This document shows positions 55,740 to 64,000 of a stretch of DNA of 64,000 bases, piece by piece. The position numbers and the translations under genes were made by a program. Origin of the DNA: Spirochaetales bacterium. GTDB taxonomy: Bacteria > Spirochaetota > Spirochaetia > SZUA-6. The stretch's first letter is position 1. Every line of letters begins with the position of its first letter. The notes below the pieces were generated by a model. That model was not told where the DNA came from. It searched no databases and worked only from the letters and a program-made list of their open reading frames with translations. The DNA lies in assembly GCA_027021365.1 (NCBI GenBank), contig JALUUM010000008.1, forward strand, positions 2,804 to 66,803. Direction: 5' to 3'.

Positions 55740-56759
55740 ATGAAGATATATGACTTAAGAAGCGATACGATAACAAAACCCGATGAGGGAATGCGAAAAG
55801 CCATGTACACAGCCGAAGTAGGAGACGATGTTTACCACGAGGATCCTACCGTGAACAGGTTGGAAGAAATGGCTGCCGAAATAACAGGCAAGGAGAAGGC
55901 CATTTTCGTCACATCGGGCTCCATGGGAAACCTCATCCCTGCAATAATAAACTGCGGAAGAGGAAACGAACTGCTCATCGACTACAGGGGACACATGATT
56001 CACTACGAACTCGCCTCTGTTTCCTCCATTGCAGGAGCTCTTCCGGTGAGCATCGTTACGGATGACGGTATCCTTACCCCCGAACTCCTCAAGGGAAAAG
56101 TTCAGCCCGACATCTATTACATGGCACGTACAAGAATGATAGTTGTGGAGAACACTCACAACCTGGCCGGGGGCACCTTTTATGAGAGGCAAAACCTTGC
56201 ACAAATAGCCTCCTTTGCAGAGGAACATTCCCTTAAAGTTCACATGGATGGCGCCAGGCTCTTCAATGCAGTTGTAGCCTCAGACATGAAGGCATCGGAG
56301 ATTGCAAGTTACGTGGATACCGTTACCTTCTGCCTTTCCAAGGGGCTTGGAGCTCCCGTTGGTGCAGTCCTCTGCGGTGAATCAGCCTTCATAGACGAGG
56401 CAAGGAGGGTTAGAAAGATGCTCGGAGGCGGAATGCGGCAGGCGGGAGTTCTTGCCGCTGCCGGCATTTACGCACTGGAAAACAACATCGATAGGATAAA
56501 GGAAGATCATGAAAAGGCATCGATGATAGCGGCTTCTCTTTCCCAAACAGAATGGGCAGAGATAGATACCAAAGCGGTAAAGACAAACATCGTATATTTC
56601 AAGACAGAAAATCCTGACAACATAGTGAATCTTTTAAGAGAAAATGGTATACTCTGTGGCAAGGCAGGAGACGATTCGATTCGAATGGTAACACATTTGA
56701 ATATTTCCATTGAAGATACCAAAGAGGTTTGCGGGATAATAGAAAATATCAGAGTCTAA
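55740..56759 (+). CDS. ltaE: low-specificity L-threonine aldolase (PLP-dependent)
   Basis: MKIYDLRSDTITKPDEGMRKAMYTAEVGDDVYHEDPTVNRLEE matches the LtaE N-terminus closely. Confidence 0.8.
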   Translation: MKIYDLRSDTITKPDEGMRKAMYTAEVGDDVYHEDPTVNRLEEMAAEITGKEKAIFVTSGSMGNLIPAIINCGRGNELLIDYRGHMIHYELASVSSIAGALPVSIVTDDGILTPELLKGKVQPDIYYMARTRMIVVENTHNLAGGTFYERQNLAQIASFAEEHSLKVHMDGARLFNAVVASDMKASEIASYVDTVTFCLSKGLGAPVGAVLCGESAFIDEARRVRKMLGGGMRQAGVLAAAGIYALENNIDRIKEDHEKASMIAASLSQTEWAEIDTKAVKTNIVYFKTENPDNIVNLLRENGILCGKAGDDSIRMVTHLNISIEDTKEVCGIIENIRV

Positions 56760-56776
56760 ATTTATAATTTTATAAC

Positions 56777-56804
56777 TTGAAAATTCAATATTTTATTCTA
56801 TAAT
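56777..56804 (+). promoter_or_regulatory. sigma70-like promoter TTGAAA-16-TATAAT upstream of the GntR gene
   Basis: TTGAAA at 56777-56782 and TATAAT at 56799-56804, in an AT-rich spacer region. Confidence 0.45.
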
Positions 56805-56832
56805 TATAGATAAAGTATCTGAAAGAATTTTA

Positions 56833-57543
56833 ATGGAGATCGACATGAATGACGACTTTTTGACTCCTCTATTCGAGAAAACAAGCAGGGCAGAAAATGT
56901 ATATGAAGCAATAAAGGAGGGCATAATCTCCGGGTACTGGAAGGCCGGCGAAAGAATAAACGACCAGGAACTGGCAGAGAAGTACCAGGTAAGCAGGTTG
57001 TCCGTACGAGAAGCCCTCTCAAAGCTTGTAGAGGCCAGAATACTGGAAAAGGTTCACTGGAAGGGCTACTACGTAAGAAAGATTACCTGGCAGGAGCTCG
57101 AATCAATTTTCGAGATAAGGGAAGCCCTTGAAGAACTTGCCATAAAACATGTCATGGAAAAGTTAAATGATGATATCCTCAAAGAACTCAAAAAGGCCAT
57201 AGACACATCGGAGAAGGATCTCAAGGCAAAGGACTTCGATTCGTTTCTGAAAACCGATTTTTACTTTCATGAAATCCTCTACAAGGAATCGGGCAACCCA
57301 TGGATCCCCTACATTCTCTCCGTTGCAAAGATTCTTATCGATATTCTCAGAAAGATAGAGAAGGGCCAGGATTGGGTCGATGTCGGCAGGGCAAGCATTT
57401 CAGAGCACAGGGAACTTCTGGAAGCAATGGCCGGCAGAAACAAGACGGAAGCTTTAAAAGTCCTTAAGAAACACCTTCAGCACCACAGGAAGAGGGTGAT
57501 GGATGAGTATAGGAGAATAGAAAAAGAGTCGGTTACCGGATAA
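56833..57543 (+). CDS. GntR-family transcriptional regulator (FadR/FCD subfamily)
   Basis: HTH RLSVREALSKL plus a C-terminal all-helical FCD-like domain. Confidence 0.8.
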   Translation: MEIDMNDDFLTPLFEKTSRAENVYEAIKEGIISGYWKAGERINDQELAEKYQVSRLSVREALSKLVEARILEKVHWKGYYVRKITWQELESIFEIREALEELAIKHVMEKLNDDILKELKKAIDTSEKDLKAKDFDSFLKTDFYFHEILYKESGNPWIPYILSVAKILIDILRKIEKGQDWVDVGRASISEHRELLEAMAGRNKTEALKVLKKHLQHHRKRVMDEYRRIEKESVTG

Positions 57544-57594
57544 AAGGCAACCGACTCCTTCATTTACTCGTTATTTATTAGAATCTTGTAAAAA

Positions 57595-58995
57595 CTAGAA
57601 TCCCGTAAAGGGAGCACGTTTTACGAATTTTCCCCACCCGGGCTCACCTACGAATTCTACGTGATCATTCCTCCACTCGGCAACCTTCTTTCCTCTGGAG
57701 AAGACGACGGAAGGCATACCTCTCATCTCCATTCCCTCATAGGGAGTATAGTCCACATTCATGTGGAGCTTCGACTGGGTAATGGTAAACTTCTGCTCCG
57801 GATCGAAGACAACGATATCGGCATCCTTACCCGGGGCAATCTCCCCCTTATCCTTAAGGCCAAACATCCTGGCGGTGCTGGTGGAAAGTACATCCACCAT
57901 CCTTTCAAGGCTTATTCGACCCTTTACGACTCCCTCTGTATGGAGAAGCATAAGGAGTGTCTCTATTCCGGGAGCGCCATTGGGAATCTTCTTGTAGTCG
58001 TCCTTTCCGAACATGTCCTTTCCGCCCTTGAAGTCGAAGGGGCAGTGGTCTGTGGATACGACCTGGAGATCCCCCATCTTCAATCCAACCCAGAGCTCAT
58101 CGAGGTTCTCCTTGGACCTTATGGGAGGAGACATAACATACTTGGCTCCTCCGAAATCGGGCTCCTTGTACCTCTCCTCATCCAGAAGGAGGTACTGTGG
58201 GCATGTCTCTGCGAATACGTCGAGACCCTGGTCCCGCGCCTCTTTTACCCTGTACAATCCCCTTCCCGACGAAAGGTGAACTATGTAGATTCTAGAATCT
58301 GTCAGTTCAACCATCTTCACCGCACGGGCAATTGCCTCTTCTTCTGCCAGAACAGGCCTGCTCACAGCATGGTAATACGGCTCGAGTTTACCCTCCTTCT
58401 CCAGAATCTCGTTCATATACTGGATGACATAGAAATTCTCCGCATGAACCTGAACGAGGCCACCATACTTCTTGGTCTCCTTTAACAACTTTATCATCGT
58501 GGCATCGTCTACTCTGAAATCGTAAACCATGAATATCTTGAAACTCGGTGTCCCGTACTCCAGTACGGCATCCTTTACCTCTTCTATTATCTCAGGCCTC
58601 GGGTCAGTTATTCCCGGGTGAAGGGAGAAATCTACTGCTACCTTCCCGCTGGCCCATTCCTTCTTTCTCTCTATGCAGTCATGTATTGATTCTCCCTTCT
58701 TCTGAAGATCGAAATCGACGACTGTTGTCACACCTCCGCAAGCAGCAGCAATGGTGCCTGTCTTGTAATCGTCCTTGGCCGTTGTTCCCATGAATGGCAT
58801 TTCGAGGTGAGTGTGGGGATCGATTACACCGGGAAGTACATACTTTCCGGAAGCATCTACGACTTCATCGGCCTTGAAATCGAGATCGCGGCCTATGGCC
58901 TTGATCTTCTCACCTTCTACATATACGTCTCCCACCGTTCTGCCGGTAGAAGATACGATAAGACCATTTTTGATAAGCAGACTCATTCTATACAC
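57595..58995 (-). CDS. dihydropyrimidinase / D-hydantoinase (cyclic amidohydrolase)
   Basis: GVIDPHTHLEMPFMGT metal-binding motif; 466 aa. Confidence 0.85.
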   Translation of the reverse strand: MYRMSLLIKNGLIVSSTGRTVGDVYVEGEKIKAIGRDLDFKADEVVDASGKYVLPGVIDPHTHLEMPFMGTTAKDDYKTGTIAAACGGVTTVVDFDLQKKGESIHDCIERKKEWASGKVAVDFSLHPGITDPRPEIIEEVKDAVLEYGTPSFKIFMVYDFRVDDATMIKLLKETKKYGGLVQVHAENFYVIQYMNEILEKEGKLEPYYHAVSRPVLAEEEAIARAVKMVELTDSRIYIVHLSSGRGLYRVKEARDQGLDVFAETCPQYLLLDEERYKEPDFGGAKYVMSPPIRSKENLDELWVGLKMGDLQVVSTDHCPFDFKGGKDMFGKDDYKKIPNGAPGIETLLMLLHTEGVVKGRISLERMVDVLSTSTARMFGLKDKGEIAPGKDADIVVFDPEQKFTITQSKLHMNVDYTPYEGMEMRGMPSVVFSRGKKVAEWRNDHVEFVGEPGWGKFVKRAPFTGF

Positions 58996-59024
58996 CTCCT
59001 ATTAAAATCCTATATCTAAAGATA

Positions 59025-60314
59025 CTAGAGCTTCAACTGGCTCTCAAGTTCCTTCCCAAGGGTAACCGTCTCCTGTCTCTTCCATCCCTTAGGCATCGGC
59101 TTGTAGGTGATGAGTCCTTCAACGGGACACACGAAACTACATACCATGCAGCTCAGGCACTTGTCTTCGATAAGCCTGGGCCGCCTGTTCTCCTCATCCC
59201 ATTCGAGGGCCTGTCCCGCCGAATCATTACACACGATGTAACACTGCCCACAACCTACACACCTGTCGAGATCGTAATTGGTAATTCCCTGGCTTTCCAA
59301 ATCGAACTCATCCGTCTCTACCAAATGGGGAAGTGCCTTCCCTACGAGTTCCTCTACCCTGCTGATTCCCCTGGATACCATGTAATCAGAGAGTCCTTCA
59401 ATCATGTCCTCCACTATCCTGTAACCATAGTGGATAATTCCCGTTGTAACCTGGATTGTCGTTGCCCCTACGAGAAAATATTCCAGTGCATCTATCCATG
59501 TCTCTATACCACCGATACCGGAGAGGGGAAGCCCCAGCTCTTCATTCAACGCCATCTCTGCAATAAATCGAAGCCCGATAGGCTTTACGGCAGGCCCCGA
59601 ATACCCGCTAATGGCACCCTTGCCATAGACATTTGGCCTCGGAACCCAGTCGTCCAGGCCTATCTCCGAGATTCCCCTTACCGTGTTAATGGCAGATATT
59701 CCGTCTGCACCACCCATTTTTGCATACATTGCAGGTTCATTCATGTCGGTGATATTTGGTGTCATCTTCGCAACAAGGGGAAGGTTACTTGCCTTCCTTG
59801 CCGTTTCCGTGAATTTCTGAACGAGCTCCTGCACCTGGCCTACCTTTGCACCGGAGCCCTCTACCGTCATGTGCGGGCAGGAGAAATTGAGCTCTATCAT
59901 ATCGGCACCTGCATCGGTCACGGCTTTTGCAAGGTCGTACCACTCCTGGTTAGAAAATCCCATAATACTGGCCATTACCACATGCTTGGGGTAATGTTTT
60001 TTAAGATACATTATATCCAGAAGGTTTGCCTTTAATCCTCTGTCCGATGTCTGTTCGACATTCTGAAGCCCTACGAGCCTCTTGTCACCGTAATGATAGC
60101 CATGCATTCTCGGAGAAGGGTGAATAATGGGAATCCTGTCCGTTACGATGGTCTTGTAAGCAACACCACCCCAGCCTGCTTCAAAGGCCCTGGCCACCAT
60201 TTCAGCACTGTTTGAAACAGGTGATGAGGAGAGCATAAAGGGATTAATGAATTTCACACCACAAAAATCTACTGATAAATCTACCTTACCTGACATCTTA
60301 CTATTCCTCCTCAT
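59025..60314 (-). CDS. preA: dihydropyrimidine dehydrogenase PreA-like subunit (DHOD-like domain plus 2x[4Fe-4S] ferredoxin)
   Basis: DHOD-family TIM-barrel motifs plus C-terminal CVGCGQCYIVC...CLSCMVCSFVCP. Confidence 0.75.
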   Translation of the reverse strand: MRRNSKMSGKVDLSVDFCGVKFINPFMLSSSPVSNSAEMVARAFEAGWGGVAYKTIVTDRIPIIHPSPRMHGYHYGDKRLVGLQNVEQTSDRGLKANLLDIMYLKKHYPKHVVMASIMGFSNQEWYDLAKAVTDAGADMIELNFSCPHMTVEGSGAKVGQVQELVQKFTETARKASNLPLVAKMTPNITDMNEPAMYAKMGGADGISAINTVRGISEIGLDDWVPRPNVYGKGAISGYSGPAVKPIGLRFIAEMALNEELGLPLSGIGGIETWIDALEYFLVGATTIQVTTGIIHYGYRIVEDMIEGLSDYMVSRGISRVEELVGKALPHLVETDEFDLESQGITNYDLDRCVGCGQCYIVCNDSAGQALEWDEENRRPRLIEDKCLSCMVCSFVCPVEGLITYKPMPKGWKRQETVTLGKELESQLKL

Positions 60315-60315
60315 T

Positions 60316-61653
60316 CTACTTGCTTAAGTATTCTTTTATAGCCCTGGCTGCAAGTTTTCCGTCCTGTACAGCCTCCACAACCAGAGCCGGTCCTCTAACG
60401 ATATCGCCGCCGGCAAAGATTCCATCTACATTTGTTTTCCTCGTTTCCTCGTCAGCAACAATCAGGCCCTTCTCGTTGGTTTTCACCGAAGGATACCATT
60501 CCTTCGAATCGGATGCAGGCTTCGAACCTATCGCTTCTATTACCACTCCGACATCCAAAACCCATTCCGAACCCGGTATCTCAACGGGGCGTCGTCTTCC
60601 CGAGGCATCCTCTTCACCAAGCTTCGTCCTCACAAGTTTTAGCCCCTTTAAGGAGCCATCGGACTCAACGTAATCCACAGGCTGGTTCAACAGGAGAAAG
60701 TGGATCCCCGTCTGTAAGGCCTCGATCCGCTCTCTCTCCTCCGCTGGCATCTGGGCAAAGGATCGTCTGTAAACGAGATATACATCACTTGCTCCGAGCC
60801 TCTTTGCCGCCTCGACACAGTCGATTGCAACGGAACCTCCTCCGATCACGGCAACAGCCCTGCCATCTATCTCTTTCCCAAGCTCATCATGCTTTCCCTC
60901 TCTAAGTGACGCTAGAAAATCCGTGGCTGTGAAGAGCCCCTTTAATTCTTTGCCCTCTCTCTTCAGCCGCATGGGCTCCCAGAGGCCGGGAGCAACGAAA
61001 ATAGCACTGTAACCCTCCTTCAGAAGTTTTTCGGCACCTTCCCTGCCTGAAATGGGATGGTTACACTGTATTTCCACTCCGAGAGACTTCACATCCTCAA
61101 TCTCCCTGTCGAGGAATTCCTCGGAAAACCGGTAAGAGGGCACACCGTACCTCAGAACTCCGCCGGGTTTCGGCTTTGCCTCGAATATGGTAACCTGGTA
61201 CCCATCCTTGGCCAATTCTGCCGCGCAACTCAAGCCGGCTGGTCCAGAACCTACGACGGCGACCTTCTCCTTCTTCTTTTCCCCTGCCCTTTCAAGTGGT
61301 TGGAAACCCAGCTCCCATGAGTGCTCAATGAGAAATCTCTGAATTCTCCCTATCTGTATTGGCCTGTCTATCTCCGTGGCGCTGCATTCTTTCTCGCAGA
61401 GTAACGGAGTAGGACATAGTACTCCGCATGCTCCACCCAGTATGTTGTTTGTCTTTACCGTGCGAATCGCGCCGGTAACATTCCTTAACCGCAGTTTACG
61501 GATAAACGTTCCCGGGTCAGTTTCTGCAGGGCAACCCTTCGAACATGGTGGATCGTAACAGAGAAGACAACGGTTTGCTTCGGCTACCGCCTGCCCGATA
61601 TCGAAACCCTTGTCTTCCATCTCTTTGAAGCTATCAGCATATTTCACTGCCAT
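60316..61653 (-). CDS. preT: dihydropyrimidine dehydrogenase PreT-like subunit (GltD-like NAD(P)H-dependent oxidoreductase)
   Basis: N-terminal Cys cluster CLLCYDPPCSKGCP and dinucleotide-binding VAVVGSGPAGLSCAAELAKDGYQVTIFE. Confidence 0.75.
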   Translation of the reverse strand: MAVKYADSFKEMEDKGFDIGQAVAEANRCLLCYDPPCSKGCPAETDPGTFIRKLRLRNVTGAIRTVKTNNILGGACGVLCPTPLLCEKECSATEIDRPIQIGRIQRFLIEHSWELGFQPLERAGEKKKEKVAVVGSGPAGLSCAAELAKDGYQVTIFEAKPKPGGVLRYGVPSYRFSEEFLDREIEDVKSLGVEIQCNHPISGREGAEKLLKEGYSAIFVAPGLWEPMRLKREGKELKGLFTATDFLASLREGKHDELGKEIDGRAVAVIGGGSVAIDCVEAAKRLGASDVYLVYRRSFAQMPAEERERIEALQTGIHFLLLNQPVDYVESDGSLKGLKLVRTKLGEEDASGRRRPVEIPGSEWVLDVGVVIEAIGSKPASDSKEWYPSVKTNEKGLIVADEETRKTNVDGIFAGGDIVRGPALVVEAVQDGKLAARAIKEYLSK

Positions 61654-61677
61654 CCTCCTTGAAATTATTATATGCTC

Positions 61678-62709
61678 TCATATTGTATGCTTTAGAGTAT
61701 GCTTTATGGTTTCCTCACTTATATTTCTTACCTCTACGCTTTCCTGAATCTCCTCTCCGGAGGCCTTCGAAACCTTACCCTTTAAAGTTTCCCTCCCCCC
61801 TTTCACAACTGGTGGCTTCTGTATAAAGTATATGGAAGCTATAACTATTACGGCACCTGTAACGTAGTAGATATCAGGCTTCTCTCCCAGCATCAAAATC
61901 GAAAACAACACTCCGAAGAGAGGTATCATCAACTTGAAACCGGTGGAGCGCACCACACCGACCGCACCAAGTGCCCTGTTGAAGATCAGGTAAACGATGG
62001 CCGTACCAATTATTCCAACGTACAGAAGCGCAAGCCAGTTTAGAGGCGCTATTCGTGTGAGACCACTGAAATCGCCGTGAAATATCAATATTGAAATTAC
62101 AAGGAAAAAGGAACCGGAAAGCATAGTAATGAATGTCGGAATCAAACCTCCGTACTTCCTGACAAAACCTTTGAGAAAAATCGAGTATATGCTTATGGAA
62201 ATTGCAGAACCTACGAGGAGAAGGTTTCCCAGAAAATGGGCACTGGAAAAGGTAAGGAATTGTGCCAGATTACCGTCCGTAACAATAACAGCTATGCCAA
62301 CCACACCTGCAAAGGCACCGATGATCCTTGATACGGAGAATTTTTCACTTATAAGAAGAGGGGCAAAGAGCGTGGTGAATATCGGTTGGGTATTGGCAAG
62401 AAGTGAACCATTGGATGCCGTTGAAAATTTGATACCGTAAAACAGGAAGAGTGCAAAGAAGGTTACCCCAAGAATTCCAAGAAAGGACATCTTTAACATG
62501 TCTCCCGGCCCTGGCGAAGCATCTCTCTTTCTGATCTCTACGATGAAGAAGGGTACCATGGGAACTACGCCTATCACATACCTCAGCAATGATATTATTA
62601 GCGGGTCCACGTCTCTTACCACTATTTTGGTAACAGGATAAACGGTAGCCCATACTACCATGACAAAGGTGAGTCCGAGATACCAGTAAGAGATTCGTTT
62701 CATCAACAT
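61678..62709 (-). CDS. EamA/DMT-superfamily transporter
   Basis: 10-TM protein with two EamA-like halves and a hydrophilic C-terminal tail. Confidence 0.7.
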   Translation of the reverse strand: MLMKRISYWYLGLTFVMVVWATVYPVTKIVVRDVDPLIISLLRYVIGVVPMVPFFIVEIRKRDASPGPGDMLKMSFLGILGVTFFALFLFYGIKFSTASNGSLLANTQPIFTTLFAPLLISEKFSVSRIIGAFAGVVGIAVIVTDGNLAQFLTFSSAHFLGNLLLVGSAISISIYSIFLKGFVRKYGGLIPTFITMLSGSFFLVISILIFHGDFSGLTRIAPLNWLALLYVGIIGTAIVYLIFNRALGAVGVVRSTGFKLMIPLFGVLFSILMLGEKPDIYYVTGAVIVIASIYFIQKPPVVKGGRETLKGKVSKASGEEIQESVEVRNISEETIKHTLKHTI

Positions 62710-62861
62710 GCATATTATTACGGTAGGTGAAAAAAATCAAGATGAATTTCAATCAAATTTGAAATTCAATTTTAAAGCAGTTTTTATTCCAAGAAATTCT
62801 GCTTATATCAGAAAGAGATATCACTTGATTTATGCTGAAACTGTGGTAATATTGTAACTGG

Positions 62862-64000
62862 ATGAAAAAAACACTTTTTTTCCTCATAGCAACTTCCGTA
62901 ATAATCCTGATATCCTCGTGCAGTGATACCTCTCTGCTCTCACCAACGAATAGTACAGGAGTCAGTGTAGATATACAATCTGTAAAGGACGGTGATTTCC
63001 TTAAGCCGGGCAATTCCGTTACTTTCAAGGTACTCTACCCCCCTTCGGAGGAACAGGCAGACGGCACTGTAAGTCTTTCCATAAGTCTGGAGAACCTGGA
63101 AACGGGCGAGGTGAATAACAAAACGGTAGAATCACCTCTCTTCAATGAACCGATGGAACTCGATCTCGGAGAACTGGAGAGCGGACAGTACAGGCTCACC
63201 ATCGATGTACTTAGAGACGGGGCCACGATAAGTGAATCGTCCACCACCTTCTTCTATGTATCGGGAAACTACAAAGTTACCGATATCCAGTCCTTCCCTC
63301 CTGTAATCTTTCCTGAGGCCGAGGTACACCTCGAGGCATTGCTCGATATCCCGGAGGGATCAGATCCGTACCTGAGGTGGACAAGGGACGGTTCTCTTAT
63401 TGCAAAGGGAAGCTTGAGCGAGGGCTTGAACAGTATTACAATTGACGCTCCAAAGAAGCCGGGCGTTTATTCCATAAAGGTAGAGCTCTTTCCCTACAAA
63501 CCTGTGGAAGGAGAGGATTTCAACTTTGCATCTCCAGTTTACTTGACTTCAGAGATGTACGTGTCTCAGAGGGAACATGAAACGAGTTATTACAGCAGGA
63601 TATTCTTTACCTCGGAACCGGTAGATTACGGTAGCGCTGCGAAACTTTCCGGCACATCTTCTCCCGCCTCCGACACTGCCAACTCAGGAGGCGAAGAAGG
63701 GGACGCTGCAACCGTCAGTGAGGGAGGTGGCGGAATCACCAAGATCGGAAACCCGTTACCACCGGAGGAGGGAAGGCAAACAGGCTACACCCTCGAAAAG
63801 GGTTCGGGATTCAAGCTCAACTATGGCATAATTCCGGTATCCGGTGGAAAATATCAACCTTTTACCATTACTTTTGACCTCTCCGGTGTAAGGCAAGAGA
63901 AAAATGCAAGCCTTGTAACGGTCTATGAGAATGATCCCGATTCCCAGTCGTCCAAGAGCATTATCAGAGTCTTTTTCGGCGAAGACGGAACACCTTCTGT
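62862..64000 (+). CDS. lipoprotein, hypothetical; 5' partial, continues beyond the window end
   Basis: ATG at 62862. MKKTLFFLIATSVIILISSC lipobox. I translated the frame to position 64000 without a stop. Not in the ORF track because it is incomplete. Confidence 0.5.
   Translation, partial: MKKTLFFLIATSVIILISSCSDTSLLSPTNSTGVSVDIQSVKDGDFLKPGNSVTFKVLYPPSEEQADGTVSLSISLENLETGEVNNKTVESPLFNEPMELDLGELESGQYRLTIDVLRDGATISESSTTFFYVSGNYKVTDIQSFPPVIFPEAEVHLEALLDIPEGSDPYLRWTRDGSLIAKGSLSEGLNSITIDAPKKPGVYSIKVELFPYKPVEGEDFNFASPVYLTSEMYVSQREHETSYYSRIFFTSEPVDYGSAAKLSGTSSPASDTANSGGEEGDAATVSEGGGGITKIGNPLPPEEGRQTGYTLEKGSGFKLNYGIIPVSGGKYQPFTITFDLSGVRQEKNASLVTVYENDPDSQSSKSIIRVFFGEDGTPS

Noticed and set aside
57661-58485. 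274-aa plus-strand ORF
   Set aside because: It lies entirely antisense to the dihydropyrimidinase gene, which has strong motifs. Its translation is Leu/Gly/Arg-rich low-complexity with no signal.
59325-60035. 236-aa plus-strand ORF
   Set aside because: Antisense to the PreA-like gene, which has a clear Fe-S ferredoxin C-terminus. Cys/His/Arg-rich spurious frame.
1-64000. Looked for CRISPR arrays, tRNA/rRNA genes and intact IS elements
   Set aside because: No regularly spaced direct repeats were found. There are no tRNA-like GGTTCGAATCC or T-loop motifs in the few intergenic gaps, no rRNA-like stretches, and no transposase or integrase ORF. Only the 17-bp and 10-bp tandem duplicates and the 26.8-kb hairpin were seen; these are reported separately.

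Overview
The window is about 64 kb of bacterial chromosome with visibly patchy base composition. Very AT-rich stretches (1-5.8 kb and roughly 17.7-50 kb) alternate with roughly 50% GC stretches (8-17 kb and 50-62 kb). Gene content (CheX, an ODP-like di-iron sensor, HD-GYP, an SbcE/F-like pair, PreT/PreA) suggests a spirochaete-like or similar anaerobe; this is inference only. Coding density is high and almost entirely protein-coding. I found no rRNA, tRNA or CRISPR array and no intact IS element.

Main blocks, in order:
(i) 1-5.8 kb: an AT-rich, translationally coupled minus-strand operon. Its genes are a YwbE-domain fusion protein, a PLD-nuclease/SNF2-helicase fusion (1129 aa), and the N-terminal part of a large PglX/type-IIG-like N6-adenine methyltransferase that runs off the window edge. 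This is a restriction/BREX/DISARM-like defence module of non-canonical composition.
(ii) 7.4-10 kb: a minimal nucleotidyltransferase (MNT) plus a truncated HEPN pair, then a 620-aa protein combining a WYL domain, one transmembrane helix, an EF-hand-like loop and a transglutaminase-like cysteine-protease core.
(iii) 10-12 kb: iron-uptake genes (YHS protein, FTR1 permease).
(iv) 14-17.5 kb: a membrane-anchored SbcC/SbcD-like (YhaN/YhaO-like) ATPase-nuclease pair.
(v) 17.7-31.7 kb: an amino-sugar locus with a GH84 hexosaminidase, a ROK regulator, a GlmU-like enzyme, an unassigned 704-aa hydrolase, two DegT aminotransferases, an ABC importer, a PIG-L deacetylase and a Gfo/Idh oxidoreductase.
(vi) 31.9-38.4 kb: an 8-gene chemosensory-like operon. 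It encodes a membrane HPt/HATPase CheA-like kinase without a CheW domain, an ODP-like MBL di-iron protein, CheY, CheX, a Ras-like GTPase with a degenerate G3 motif, and an HD-GYP protein.
(vii) 40.5-49.9 kb: an AT-rich 9-gene operon of lipoproteins with YD/RHS-like repeats, an outer-membrane beta-barrel, a PrsW-like intramembrane protease and a beta-helix lipoprotein.
(viii) 50-62.7 kb: housekeeping genes (MscS, PtsN, a cation antiporter, a sirtuin, threonine aldolase, GntR, and the reductive pyrimidine catabolism genes PreT-PreA-dihydropyrimidinase plus an EamA exporter).

The strongest candidates for something undescribed are (i), (ii), (vi) and (vii).
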